DNA from: Psammoneis japonica
Lineage: Eukaryota
Reading direction: 5' to 3'
Assembly (NCBI GenBank): GCA_008632985.1
Contig: QPGO01000056.1
Coordinates: forward strand, 276,406 to 340,405
Length of the DNA stretch: 64,000 bases
Shown here one piece after another: positions 37,976 through 51,884 of this stretch. Position 1 is the stretch's first letter. Each line of letters begins with the position of its first letter. Both the position numbers and the translations under genes were made by a program. The notes beneath the pieces were generated by a model that had not been told where the DNA came from, made no database searches, and saw only the letters and a program-made list of their open reading frames with translations.

Positions 37976-40900
37976 TCAACTTTCGAAGTAAGCATCAATG
38001 TAATCGACAAAAGCAACTCTCCGAATCTTATCGGCGACTTCAAAAGGGATTGTTCCACTGTCCACCTCCAATCGGGATCCATCCAGAAGCCCAACAACAT
38101 ATCGACTCGGCGGGACTCGAAACAGGTCGGCGCCAAGCTTGTTGTAGTACGTGACAGTTATTGACGAGAAAAGCTTGAAACTTACTGTAGGTGATCCATC
38201 CTGCTGCTTCTCCAACCCTAAATTATCGCCACTAAACAGCCATAACGGCAACGAAGGAAGCAGCTGCATCCTAACTTCCCGCGTTTCCGCGTCCACGAAA
38301 AAGGGCTTGGGTCCAACCATGATCAAGACCCACATGCTCAAGAATTCTGCAGTGGACCCACTGAGTCGAGCCAAGAATCCGCGACCTCTTGTAGACGGGT
38401 CATCAAAGACAGACGAGGCGATAAACGATGAGCATTCCATGAGTGAGCGGCCATACATTTCAGGATCCATAAAAGGAAGCATACCACCCGACACCATCTC
38501 AGAGTAAAACTCTTCGACAAGGTTGTTTCGGAGTAGCTCTAGATAGAATTTGTACGACATGTGACTCCAGACAGATTGGTTCTCAAGCCAGCCTGGGCTG
38601 AATGCCATCATCCGACCCATGTCGTAGCTCTGACCTTTCAGACTTGTAGATATAGTATACATGTTCAGCTTCTCATCCCTCAGACCGGATCGTTTTACGT
38701 TCTCGTAGATCTCTGCTGATTCAGCCTTGTCGACCGATTTCATCATGCGCACTGGTGCCTCTAGAAAGACCGGGAAGCGCCCCACCTCCATTTTCAACGG
38801 CAAAACAAATGGGTGGCCGTCGCTGTTTTCTTCGCCGGTTAGCTTCCACTTTGTTACGTTGAAAGAGAAATATGTTGGTGGCAGCTTATACGAATCACCT
38901 TGACCGAAACCGTGAGCTCCAATCGCTATTGCTCTTGCTTTTCCATTATCGATTTCTCTTATCCATCGTTTGAGAAGATCGATATTTTTGTCGGTCGAGT
39001 ACGCCATGGTTTCTCCGGAGAACCCCAAGCGGACGTTGTCTCGATAGCACTCTCTACCACTTGCAACTCTGTTCCAGTACTCAAATAGTTCAGTTGGAAC
39101 TTTAGTGCTCATTTCGGATGGTTCCGTATAATCAGACAGCTTGTCTAGAGCTGCTTCGATAGATTCAATTAGCGCTGCAAGTTCCACAGGTATGATAATT
39201 GGACGGCGATACTTGCTCAGCGATTGCAAAATGTAGCGGAGGAGGATCTGCAGCTCAAAGATTTCCGGCATACCGCTACCGATCATACCTGGCAACCCGT
39301 TCATTGCATCATTCCACCCAGGCTTTCCTCCTTCATACTCAATGCCCATCCCATAGGGATCACGACTGGCAAACTTGATTGTGGCCAAGAGGAAAAGTTT
39401 GGAAATGAGAGCACTTTCAAAGATGTTGCCCTTGTGGTCACGTTGCCAGTTGGCTTCAATGTCAAACCAACCGGTTGCGTTGTCAATGTAATTCATTTGC
39501 AGGTTGATTTTGTCGGCGTCTTCTTCATCCGTTGCATTTAGCTGCCTCACATGCTTGCCCTTACCATCAAACGAAGTTGAAAGAACATACTTGAGCTTTC
39601 TAGGTTTAACAGATGCCGGAGAGAAGAAATATGGAAGTGCTTGATCGAAAAGCAATCGCTCCTCGTAGTCGGGGTAGATCGCAAGGTATGACTCCATCAT
39701 GTCCATCTACGGAGGAAAAAAAAACAGTTTAGACACGACAAGCGCAGTCACGACACAAGCGTAGTCACCAATACAGTGAGAAAAACGCACGTAGTAATCG
39801 AAATGGTCAGCCCAATAGCCGCTCTTGAAAACAGCCATGGGAAAAGCCGCTGCTGCAGCTGCAACCCGATCGATAAATTCCTGTCGTGAGAGTATCAGCT
39901 CAATATTCTGCTGTCCCATGAGTTCAAATAGCTGTCCTGGTCGAAAAGCCCCGCTGTTGAGAATACTCGACAAAGCCTCCCGCTGCGCACGATGTCCATC
40001 GGCGTAGCCTACCGCCTGTGCTGCAATTTCGTCACAAATCACCTTGTCGTCAATAGTGAAGACTACAGCTTCGACAGAGAGGGGTTCATACCCATCCGCT
40101 TGGATGAAAGAGAGGAACATTTTGATGTTGAATGAGCCAATCCGAGGATTGAAGAAGATATCATTCCGGCGATTCTGAGCGACATCTCGAAAGTTTCCTG
40201 GCCCCTATCCGATGCGTACCGTAAGAGAAAGAGAGACAGACAATACCCTTGTCAGAAACTCACGTCCGGCACAATACACATTGTTGACTCGGGAACAATT
40301 CGTTGCCACATCGGTGTGTCTTACCTGCGAGAAGAATGTAGGATCCAATTTGAAATCATTGTAGTCCCGTTCTAAGTCTCCATGAATCCTAGAAAAAAGA
40401 TGATAGACCTTGAGCCGTTTGTCTTCGTCGGCATTTCGCCACTTTGAGTCATCGTCCACTTCTCCCAATATGATTGGGATGCCTCCACGTAGACTGTTGT
40501 CAAGAAACATTTGCTTGACATGTCCATTAAAGAGGTGATTGCTAGTCACTGTTTCAACGCTTGCTGTAATCTGATTTATAATTTCACGGGCCCTGGTGAG
40601 TTTGTAGAGTACAAAGCCAACCTGAGCTACACGACGGGCAATGACTGGGACGTCCGTGACCTTGTTCGCCTTGCCGTAGAAACTGGATATTGTCACCGAC
40701 TGGCCAGGTTTCAACGTGAAGCCATTCACTAACCACGCAAAAAGAAACGGGAGAGTTAGAAAGAGAACAAACAGGTATATACTACAAGGGATCCGAGGAT
40801 TAGGAATGTCTTACACGCTGCGAAGGCAGAAGATGTCTTTGCGAATCCATACTGCGGCTCGTCTAGGATTTCACCAACAGGCTTGGCTTCCAGTCCGAGC

Positions 40901-42328
40901 GGACGGAGCAGCATTGTATCTTCTCCAAACACTTTGTTAGTATCATAAATGATGGGAAGTAGCTGAGTGCTGTCATTTTCCTCCATAAGAGACAAACAGT
41001 AGTGTCCATGCTCCTGCACAGTGACAGTGGCCGAGTCCGACGGCTGCGTGGAGAGTCGATAAAACGGCATGGTCTTGGAATCATTGTATGGCGAGTAAAC
41101 GCCCATCCACCCCTCTAGCGTTCGACTCATTGTATTCAAAAAGCTCTTGAGTTTGCCACCGGCAGGCTCCATACGAGCCAATCCATCCAATACGTCGACC
41201 GTCACGGAATGCTGCTTGTCTTGATTTGTAATTGTCGTGCGACGCACAAACGCGCCAAAGTCTTCTTCTGGTAGAATAAAGAAAGTCACATTGGTTTCCA
41301 ACTTGTTGACGTGATCCATTTCTTGAATTTGCATCTCATTGGAGCCAACATACATGAAACGAGTGGGCAAATGTTTGTTTCTGTCTGTATTCGTTTCGAC
41401 GTGCCTCGTGGACGTCGGAGAAAAGGGTTCAAACACAAACGCCTCCCTCTTGTGGTCGAAAAGGCGATTCTTGTTTCTAGTCATGCGAACAAAGGTTCTA
41501 AATCCCAATAGTGCTGTGCTTTGATAAGCCTTGTCAGCCGCATTAAACTCCATAATGGGAAAGTTCTTGGAGTGTGTGCCGAAGGACGCAATACCTTGTC
41601 CCCGATTGACGAAGAATGCCCAAAGCGGCTTGCCGTAAATCCCGGCAACTCCGGGAAGAAAATCTGAAAAGGTGGGACGAGCGTCATAATCTTGCAAAAC
41701 AAAGCGGCCTAGAGCGTAGTCGTATAGAAATGGGACGAAAAAGTAGGATAACGACAGAGAAAAAGCGGGATGAGAACCCTACGAAGTGCAGCACAACAGA
41801 AAGGGCGCGAGTCAACAGTGCTCTACAGCACATAGTACATACCATGCTCGTCAAACATCTTTTCCGTGTCGTACTGATTCATTGTGAACGATCTATCTTC
41901 TTGCGGCTCGTCCATGGGTGTCGGCGGCGGACCAAACGAAGACGGAGCAAGCAGCATTCGCAAGCACAACAGCAGCGCTAAGCACGCTGGTATGATTGTA
42001 GCTGCCACCACACATACATCTTTTCTCGTTTTCTTCTTGTGATTATTGCCATCCTTGACGCATTTGCTTTTGAGCGTAGTCTGCGAAGAGGGCCTTAGAG
42101 GAATCGTCTCTTCGTTCTGATAATTGCGGTGTTCTGCAACAAGCATTCAGAAACAGCCAAAACACAAAATACACACTTAGGAGTTAGATTATCGTAGGAA
42201 GCAAAACAGCTCCTTCATCCATAATCTCAAGCACGAAACTCACGTTTTATTCCATTCATGGCAATGTGGGTGATGTCAGAATGTGAGAGGGCGACGGGTG
42301 CTACGGGCGTATCTTCCAATCGGCTCAT
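37976..42328 (-). CDS. GH161-family beta-1,3-glucan phosphorylase with an N-terminal membrane anchor, 6 exons
   Basis: FLPGVAGIYGKPLWAFFVNRGQGIASFG, SRIHGDLERDYN, GNFRDVAQNRRND, IQADGYEPL, GKPGWNDAMNGLPG, FSPGWLENQSVWSHMSYK. In-frame GT-AG exons: 42328-42244, 42133-41843, 41708-40815, 40728-40325, 40204-39791, 39706-37976. Confidence 0.88.
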
Positions 42329-44002
42329 TGTCTGCGATCTCGCATCTCACTAAGATGCGGTGTCAACAGGAAGACTGACGGCGGAAAGACCTTCTTGGAC
42401 GGCCGGCCGGCGCGGAACGTGGTACATTATGATGTCAAGATGATGTCATCAACTTCAATCGAGGATGGACCAACTCGACTGATGCACGGTGAACACATTG
42501 AGAGCTACCGTATGAGGCTACGACTAGCATAAACGTACCTGTTATACCGGTCAGACATTTTGTATTGGATTTTATGTACCCCTTTATTTAATGATAACGG
42601 TTCTTTCCAAAACAAATAGCAGGTTATAGATGTGTTACATATACAAATGTCTCACAAAAGTCCATACTTTTCAACTATTTAGATGTTTTTGTAATGTTAC
42701 ACATTCAACCGTCGATACTCCGTTTGTCAACTCCGTCTTTGAATAATACTTCATATATGCTCGTATGTTTGATTAAATGGCGTGGCGGGCGTGGGCATGA
42801 CCTTCATTTGAATTCGTACTTATGAAGAGTCATTCTATATATTGCCTCAGCATTTTCTTCATTAAGTGCGTAGAACAGTACAAATCTTACACAAAAAGTC
42901 ATATGCAGTCATTCAGCATTCTTGTATATCCGTCATTAATATATCATATCAATGTTTTTTATATGTCAATAATTATATCATATTGCATTTTTTGCTACGT
43001 AGTCGTAGCCCCATAGCTATGTAGAGAGTAGCTCTACTACTCTATCATAGTACCGTACCGGTAGAGTAGAGGTGTCCTGAATACCGGTAAGTCTCTACTA
43101 CTAGGGCCCTACTCTAAGCTAAGCTAGCTAGTAGCTAGGTAGAGAGCTCTAGCTAGCAGCCACGCAAATCGTTTAGTGACGCTCACTAAACAATTAATAG
43201 CACCCCACATAGTTCGAATTTTTACGTGCAACATTCGAGGTTGTTTTCGGGCGAGAACTCGCACTCAACAACAACACGTGGTGAAGCACGTCCCGACATT
43301 GGCAATGGCAAAAGAGAAAGTTGATACAAGCAACGAGATGCTAAATGAAGTCACGCTGTTAATGTATTCATTGAATGTAGTGTATTAATGAGTTTTAGTA
43401 GCTACAGTCTCTAGACAAGTCGACCGCTAGATGAATTCATCATGTTGGTTGCATCTGCCTCGTACTTCGTACGCGGTAGATCACGATACTAAATTTTTCC
43501 TTATTTGGTTTCCATTTCTTTCCTTATTATCTTTTTTTATTACGGAAATTGGGGGCATGTCAAATAAGGAACTCGTCTGTCATGCGTTTTCACTAAACAA
43601 TTTCTGTCACTAAACGATTTGCGTGGCTGCTAGAGCTACCGTACTAGTAGAGAGAGTAGTAGAGTAGAGTCTGGGGGACGTCTTCGGAAGTGAGATTGTC
43701 GAAGAAAGTTACGTAGAATTTGTACTAAAACAGTCTGTCAATCAGTGCGATTGGGTATTTGGGACCTCTGGACAGATCCTACGTGTTTTCTTGTGCGTAC
43801 AAATTGTACTGGAAAAAAACCCAAACGCACTGGCGATCAGACCGCCTTCGACGATCTCACTTCCAAAGACGCCCCCCAAGTCTACAACCTTCATTTTTGT
43901 CAGAATTCTAACATTTTATTTTCTCTGTGGTTTCCTTGAGGACATGGTGCTTGAATTCTGCAGACTATGCCACGTAAAAAAGAGGACTACAGTACAGTAT
44001 GA

Positions 44003-47000
44003 CTACCGGTACGTCTCCGTCGTAACAGCCATCACCACTGAGGGCTTGGTAAAAAGGTCGCCGTGCTTTCTCTCAATCATTGTAACTTTTCTTCGTGCTC
44101 CAAACTCAGAATAATGTTGAATCGCCTGTTGTAATCTATAGACTCCTTCGTCCTTATCCCCACCCTCATCAAGTAGATATTCTCCTAGAACTTCCGAGAA
44201 CAAGCCAGCATCGAGCAAAAAAACCTCCACGCACTGCAAGGATTATGGCGACTTGGTAGCTCTTGATGGCGGCGAAGCTCTTACCCCGGAGAGCGGCAAA
44301 TTCCGCATCAAAGAATGCATCATAATGAGATACGTTGGGATTTCCCTTGTCTATCAAATCCTTGATACGCTTTCGAATAGATAGAGCAATCTTGCGGTAA
44401 GGCTTCTTGCCAGTCTGGCGCGCAGCTATGAAGGAAGATACTCCTTTTGTGATCACTTCAAACAGGCTGGTGGTGAATAATCCGGGGTGAGATTTCAAGG
44501 TATCATTGGGTCCGTGTACTACTGCAAGCTTCGCACAATCCTCGTGCTCTCCGTACAGGGTTCGTATATACATTTCCCAAATACAAGAATGCGCCTTATA
44601 GAACGGGTCTTCCAATAACCAAGCTGCATGGTTTACCTCGGTGCAATGGTCTCCCACCAAACAGAGAGGGTTCGTTTTGGTACGACCGGCCAGATTCATG
44701 AGCATTTGATAGTTCACAACGAAACTATGGTAAACCACAGCTTGGTTCAAGTCCTTCATTTGCGGCATGTAAGTCTCTATGTCAGCAATACACAAGTCCA
44801 AGGAAAAGCTGGTCAAATACCGCATCTGGCAAAACAAATAAATATCCCAACCGGCACTCTCCGTGTCGCCCGAGCATAGTCCAGCCTCGTAACCTCGTTG
44901 CAAAGGCTTCAGTTGGTCGCGCATTGGTTGCGTCCAGACGACTCCAAAGTTGTGGGCGACGAGACGGATCCTCGACTCGACCAGCGGCGATACCTGAGGA
45001 ATAAGCTTGATGGCCGTCTGTGCGAACTTAGAACCCAGTTGTAAATCGCCTATAATGCCAGCAAAAATAAGTCCCACAGTAGTCAATGCTACAGGGGTCA
45101 AATCATTCCTGCCATATTTCCGAGTCCAATCCATTGTGCGAAATAGGACTAGTGCCATGAGATCATCATGCGAAAGAAAGAGATACACAGACAGACGATC
45201 CATCAAATGCAACAATTTGATCCTGGTGGGATCGTTTTCCACTGGCAGGGCCAAAATATTCTCCAGCAAGCCCCTCTTGGCAGCTCTCTTTATCTTCATA
45301 ATATTGGTCAGTGTGCGGAGAGACTGCATTGTTTTACTACGGGGAAAGTGAATGCCAAACATTTTCAGAAGCAGCATCGTCTCTTTTCGCGGCTTCTTCC
45401 ATGTGACCTCGGTTAGCAAGACTATCCAGCCAAGTCGTGTAGATGCGCAACTTGTCTTCGACAGGACTATCCGTTTGTCGTATAACAGCTTGGCAATACT
45501 CTTCCATCCTGTTAGCATTTCCTAGGCAGCTTTCGGCTTCGGCGCCAGTCGAGAAAAGATCTATAGCGATGTCGTAGTGCTTCGTAAAGGCTGCATCACC
45601 CAAGAGAGCAATTCCGAATGATGCGTAGTTGCTAGCTGCTTCAAAGGCCGACACGGTCATAGCTTTGGTGCTTGCCCGACCATTCAGCTGCGCAAGTTCG
45701 ACTCGTTGAGCATTATCTGTGGGTTGGTTGCCCTCATTCAACAGATTTACAACAACAAAGATAGCAGATTCCAAGTCCTCAGGCCGCAAAGAATCCAAAA
45801 GAGTCTGACCCACAGCCTGTTGAAAAGCAAGACGTTCTTCCTCGCTAGCAATCAACAATGAGGCCGCTTCTTCGACCTTGTCATGCGCGAATACGTATCT
45901 TCCTTCCTCCGCTGCCACAAGATAGCCCTCAGTGACCAATGACTCTAGCGCACTTTTGGTTTCAGTATCACAACTTTCAGTGTCACAAGCAGTCTCTTCG
46001 CGACCCCCGGGGTCTCTTTTTAGTTCTTTCAATAACAAGAATAAGGTCTTTTCATCAAACGAAGCACCCAAACAAGCAGCTAGACGAAGAATCTGACTTT
46101 GGTGGCTCGACAGATCTTGCATTTTCTGCAACAACAAGTCAACAACGTTTTCACACGCCTTGGTCTTGAGCTCAATTTCATGCTCATCCCAGGTCCATCT
46201 AAGTGTACCAAAATTATATTGAAGCAACTGCTCGCGATGTAGCAAACTGAGGAAATGATAGAGAAAGAAGACATTTCCTAGAGTGCGTTTTTGGCACAGC
46301 GATGCAAGACCAATAGTGCGAGAGTCTGAAGTGGACAAGATGTCGTTGACGAACTGGTGAACCGCCTCAAACTCAAGGTTTCCCACCTCAATCTCTTGCA
46401 AGGCAAATGCACCACCCTTCCGAGAACAGAGTCGCCAGTCACGTATGCTGCTTGACAGCAAATGCGCATCGTTTACCTCGTTTGACCGGTAGATGCCAAT
46501 CATTAGCATTTGTGTGTCGCGGTCCATCAAAATGGCCTCCAATAGATCAAGCGATGGTACATCTCCCCATTGTAAGTCATCCAAGACCAAAACAAGAGGA
46601 TGAAACTGCTTGACAATGACTCTCATGAAGCGACAAAAGGCGTAGTTAAGACGATGTTTGTTGTCCTTTGGATTGTGATTGGAATGCATGCTGGCGTCAG
46701 CGCCACACAAGATTTCCTCCAAAATGGGAAATACTCGCAGTAGCACTTCCAGTTCAGCACCGAGAGTTTCTTCAAGTGACGTCCGAATAGCGTGGAAAGT
46801 ATCAGCGGATTCGTGTTCAAGAGACAAGATATGTGCACAAATGGCTCCACACAAGGTCATCAGGGCCGAGTAGGGTTCATTGTTTCTCAAATTGGTATCA
46901 AATTTGCCTTCTACGTACAAACCACCCTGCTTGTTGACAGGTACCTGTAGGGTATGGGCTAGAGCAGTCTTTCCCGTACCCGAATAACCGGCCAACAGAA

Positions 47001-47313
47001 CCAATTGTTTCTGTTGCTTGCTTGTTTCAAGCACTTCGTTGAGTTGCTTGATTTCCGTATCGCGTCCGTAGAGCCCGGTGTTGCCAAAATTGAGTTGATT
47101 AATGGTGAAGCCCTCAAGTGTGTTGCTTTTGCGACCTGATGGTTTGCGAGACAGGCGGCACAGTCCTTTTGAAGAATCGAGGCTAGTCGTAGTCGGGCCA
47201 AACTCTTCTGACAATGTACCGACTGAGAAGTCCTGACTGATGATTTCTTCTTGGTTGTCTAGAATGGTTTGCTCCGGCGAGGCAACACCCCTGCTTGAAT
47301 CAACCCTTGTCAT
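44003..47313 (-). CDS. STAND-class AAA ATPase with a C-terminal helical/TPR-like region (two +1 homopolymer frameshifts)
   Basis: LYGRDTE, Walker A GYSGTGKT, Walker B LVLVLDDLQW, YRSNEV, GNVFF, FAHDKVEEAA, C-terminal GNPNVSHYDAFFDAE. Frames rejoin by removing one base at ~45387 and ~44220. Confidence 0.85.
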
Positions 47314-47895
47314 GGGAGACACTCTTTCTTGCGGAACGAAGACTTTTCTGCTTTCTAGGTTTGCCGTTCAACGACCAAATGCAGGCTACTTTTATCACAA
47401 AACGGCGACTTTCTCTTACAGCAGCTATGGGCCCTCTGGATGCGTGGACTAGACTATGAATGCACTTTATGATCGAACTCTCCCAAAGTAATGAGAGGGA
47501 GAGCCTCGTCATACTACAGTACATGTAGGCACAAGCGTGGTACGTCATTCATCGACAATCTTAAATCGACGCCGCAGCGCAGCTGGTGAGTGTCAAGAAG
47601 TGATGCTCAATGCGGGTTCGCATTTTTTGGACACCACAATCGTTAAGTTTGGGCGCCAGAACCCCGGGCTGAATCATGGTCTTTTTTAAATAAGGAAATT
47701 GTGCATTCGACCTAGAAATTGCTTTTTCACACGGAACACATGGCCGTTGACAGATGACACAAACGTCCGTTGAATCCACAATCATGTCAACAGAATTGAT
47801 TGCACTCATTTCCGTCCTCACAGGAGCTTTTCCTTTGATGACAGAAGATCAAAATCTCTTGACATGTGAAAAAATGAAAAACCCAGGACTCAACC

Positions 47896-48106
47896 CGGAT
47901 GTCGAGAATCGCAAATGCGATCGCACGATGATGTTGACATCTTGTGTGTCAACATCAATCGCATCCGGACAATCTGTTGTCACGATCATATTCTCCGAAA
48001 GGCCTTTTGTCTGTGGGAGCAGTGCAAAAGGTTCAGGCCATTGAGAACCCGTTCGGAGAAACCCAAAATGATTGCGCAGAAATGGTTCTCACAATTTTCA
48101 CTTTTT
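47896..48106 (-). repeat. Inverted, diverged ~210-bp homologue of the Gypsy LTR core
   Basis: Reverse complement aligns to ~58037-58246 (shared RSxDDVDILxVNxNRIRTICCH translation in the ORF track). Confidence 0.85.
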
Positions 48107-48749
48107 GAACTTCGTTCCCCCCTGCGCTTGTGTGGCAGCAGCTTCTCTTGCAGACCAGACCCTTTGCCTTGCTGCTGCAATGCAGGCGACAAGGTCTCTG
48201 TTTTGCAGTGGCAGAGCAAAGGAAAACACACAAGTGTCGCAGCTGCAAGGCAGGTCCACAAAGTCTCTTGACATCACATTGTTCACAAAGTCCCAGCTCA
48301 GGTCACTCTGGAAGATCTCACGCATGTTTGAAAACTTGTTTTGTGGCACTCGAGAAGCGAAGCAAGCCTGTGTTTGTTTCACAGCTCCTTCAGGCAAACA
48401 TGGATCAAAGTTTGCCAAAAAGTGGTCACCTCCCAAAAATGGGATCTTCCTGTGTTGTCCTTGCTCTTGTTGTTTGGCCCCCCTCTTTCCAGTTCACTCA
48501 CAGCTTCTTGCGCACTGCCCAGAACCTCTCCTGGTGTCAGGGTCATGCCCAGTGCAATTCTTTCCTTGTGCAGAGCTTCTCCATGCTCTGAACACAGGCC
48601 ATCCATTCATGTCCTTTCCAATTTTTCCATTCCAGTTGTCAGCAGTGCCAGTCGCTTCTTCGTCGCCCCCAGTGAAGTCACCTTGAAGCACGCTTCGGTG
48701 TGCCAAGATGCCTCGGCAGCTGGTTTGCCCTCAAATGCACAGAAAAGAA

Positions 48750-50560
48750 GAGATGGTCATTGTCCAACCAGCACAATTCATCTCCAACAAAAAGCTGTTG
48801 TGCGAAGCTCAGGCCAAAAACCAGTGCTGCTGCACAAATTTGCCCTCAAATTTCTGCTGATCAACTCTGTCTCCTGCCTGCCCTGCTGTGGGCACTGCCA
48901 ACCCATGTGGTGATCTCATGCTTTCTGCTGCTGCAGTGCCTTGGGACACAAGACCACCCCATCCAGCATCAGCAGCTTGCAACACTCCAGACAATTGGCC
49001 CTCTCTCTGGCCTCTGCGCTGACCCCCACTCTGTGGCACACCACAAACTTGCAAACCTCATGCTGCAACAACTGCACAAGCACCCTGCTGATGTCAGCAT
49101 CAAACTCACCCCTGCTTCTTCCACCACTTCCCTCCAGGACATGGCTGCAAAACCCCTTCACTGAGAAACACCATGCATCAATTTGACGCAAGCTCTCATT
49201 GTCCTCCCATCTTTAAGTCCATCTCACCCTTCACCATCTTGTCACTTGGATTGTCAACTCTTCCAAGCCTCTTCAAGATGACGTGGCCTCCCCCATTGGC
49301 AAACCTCCTCTGCCCCTTTTTGGGAGCTTTGGCTTCTTTTTGAATCTCACATCATTTGTCCTGTGCCCAAGACTCAAGACCACCCCACCCCTCTTGCCCT
49401 CTGCAATCATTGCTTGACACCTGTTTCTTCTCTGCCAAGGGTCCACCCACTCCTTTCGTGACCACTCTCACTCCACTCCTCCTCCCACTCCCTCTCATGA
49501 TCCTTCCAACTTTGATGCTTCTGCCTTTGCCCCCACTCCACCCAACTCACTGCCAACAAAATCAATTTTGGTGCCACCTGTGCCCAAGTTGCCTCATCCC
49601 TCCCTGTTGCCTCCCTCATGTCTGAGCACATGGAACAAGTCCAAAAGCTCTGCCCTCCATGCAAGCGTCCCCCTCTCTCCTCTCACCCATTGTGCTTGCC
49701 ACCCTCCACCTCCACCAGCCCTGACATGGTGCTCCCTCTCCAACCTGGAAAAAGCTCCACTGCAAACCTGGTGCTGCCTCCAGCCCTTTTGTGGATTCTG
49801 CTGATCCACTTGAACCTTTGCCCTCTGCCATCACTCCGCCCCTGTGGCTGCATCTGTGCCTTCAAGCATCTCTCAGACTTCGTCTTCTCCACCAGCCTTT
49901 GTGCCTCCATTCAACCTTGCTTTGCCAGCACCAGCTGTTTTCTCACTCTTCATGAGGACCAAGCCAGCCAGCCCAAGCTGCACCCCACAGGAGTTGGTGC
50001 TGCCCTCCATCACATCGCTGGCACCCTTGTCGCCCACTTGTTCGCCACCACCTTTGCAGCTGACCTTCTTTCCTCCAGCCAGTTTGGTGCAGGAGTTCAT
50101 GGCAGCATGGACTTCCTCATCCATTCAGTCCATGCCAACACTGAATGACAACGTTCTCTCAATGCTGCGCCTTCCCATGCCGCGGTCATCATCCTTGACC
50201 TCACCAACTTTTTCAACAAATCATCTCGAGATGCTTGCTGTCACTCCCTTGCCTCCTCCTCCTCTCAAAAGTGCTGCCCCCTTCTCCCCCACTTCGACCT
50301 CATTTGTCAACAGCCCAACAAATGCTGGTGCCATGACCACCACCTGCAGCGGTCATCCTTCCACCAAGACGAGGCTTTGGTCCAAGGATGCCCCCTTGGC
50401 CCCGCCTCTCAAGCCTTGTCCCACCAGCCCGCACATTTTCTTGATGACACACATGCCTTCCTTCCACACTCCTGCATCTCTTGGTTCCCAGACCGCCTCT
50501 CCTCTCTTGGCCCACCCTTCGGCATGCATCCTCCTCCTCACATCATCTTGAATCTGTCAA
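48750..50560 (+). mobile_element. Degenerate CRE-like non-LTR retrotransposon, RT region
   Basis: LRPCGC, SQFGAGVHGSMDFLIH, ILDLTNFFNKSSR and LVQGCPLGP motifs; pyrimidine-rich sense strand. Confidence 0.72.
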
Positions 50561-50759
50561 TCTACAGCACAGTGTCTGTCATCAGTCGCACAGCTGGCTT
50601 GTCTATCCGCACGCACTGCCGCCCCAACATCAACTTCCAAACAAGTTCCAAATCTCAAAATCTTGCAACAAGCAACTGAGAAGGCGAATCTGAATCATCA
50701 TTCATCATCGAAGTGCATGCAGCATGCAGTGCACTATGTACTGTACCTAGACTTGTGAA

Positions 50760-51849
50760 TTGTTTCTCGATAATAGTTTGACGACACCCAAGATTTGTTT
50801 GGCATGTAGCAACAAAAATCGATCAAATGGCACGGTATGTTTGGACGTTGATTTTCCTACTTCGCGTAGTCGGCGCACACATCAATGTGAACGTCAAGAG
50901 TGCGGCCTTGTCGCGAGCCCTCAGAGTGAACCAGGCAAACATGACAAGGCAAATGCAAAGGAAACAAAGCCTTCTTTGAATCACGTAGCACTTGATTTGT
51001 CTGGGAAGTTTCGCTGTCATGTGACAGCGCCACACAAGGAATCGAATGAAATTGATGATGGTGAAACTCCGCTTTTTCGGTTTGGACCAAGAAACAGGTC
51101 TGGATGGAAACCGCCATCGTTTCTTGTTGGTGCCAACTACGATTTCGATTCCGTATGGTATGGTGTGAATCGGCTGCTAGCTACATTTAGATGGAAGAAA
51201 GTACACGAACACGACGACTCTGCATCTGCCACCGATGTTCCTGAGGGAGCTTCAGAATATCTTTTAAGTCCGACGACTACGACGTTTTGTTGCGAAAAAG
51301 GCCTGCTTCATCCTAACGACTACGCATTAGATCTAGGACTCAAATGGGAGTCGAGGGAGCCATGGTCACTCCCAATGTCCTTGACTGCACGCATGGATAC
51401 CAAGCAACCCAACTCACTGTTGTTGATGACGCCAATACACAAGAGGCTCAACGTTGTGCTCAAGTCGTCATTTGTTTCCACCACACCACCAAAAATTATG
51501 CTATTAACTCGCGTATTCCACCGTGGGTGCCTGGGATAGATCCGTGGATTCCACAATTGACGCTTGGTCCGACGGGGGCTCTATTTTCCAAGATTGCAGT
51601 TGGCATGAATCCTGCATGGACGAGAAACAGAAATGTGGGCTTGCGTGTCTCAGTTAAACGACAGCTAGACTGGAGCATTGTTGGATACACCACTGAACAC
51701 GATGAAACCGAAACCCTGCTTCGTGTGGAGCTCTGCAGTTCCAGAGGCAGTTGCCACACTGCAATAAAGTGTGAGGCTCTCATGGACATGTCATTGACAC
51801 CGCACGCTTCACGTTGTCGCGGGAGCAGACGTACAACATGACTCAGTGA
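50760..51849 (+). CDS. Hypothetical protein (start uncertain, two apparent frameshifts)
   Basis: Long overlapping ORFs 50760-51539 and 51344-51841 with normal TpA/Tyr content; can be joined near an A5 run at ~51490. Confidence 0.5.
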
Positions 51850-51884
51850 GTTGATTAGCGGCAGATAGTTACTACATATACAAT

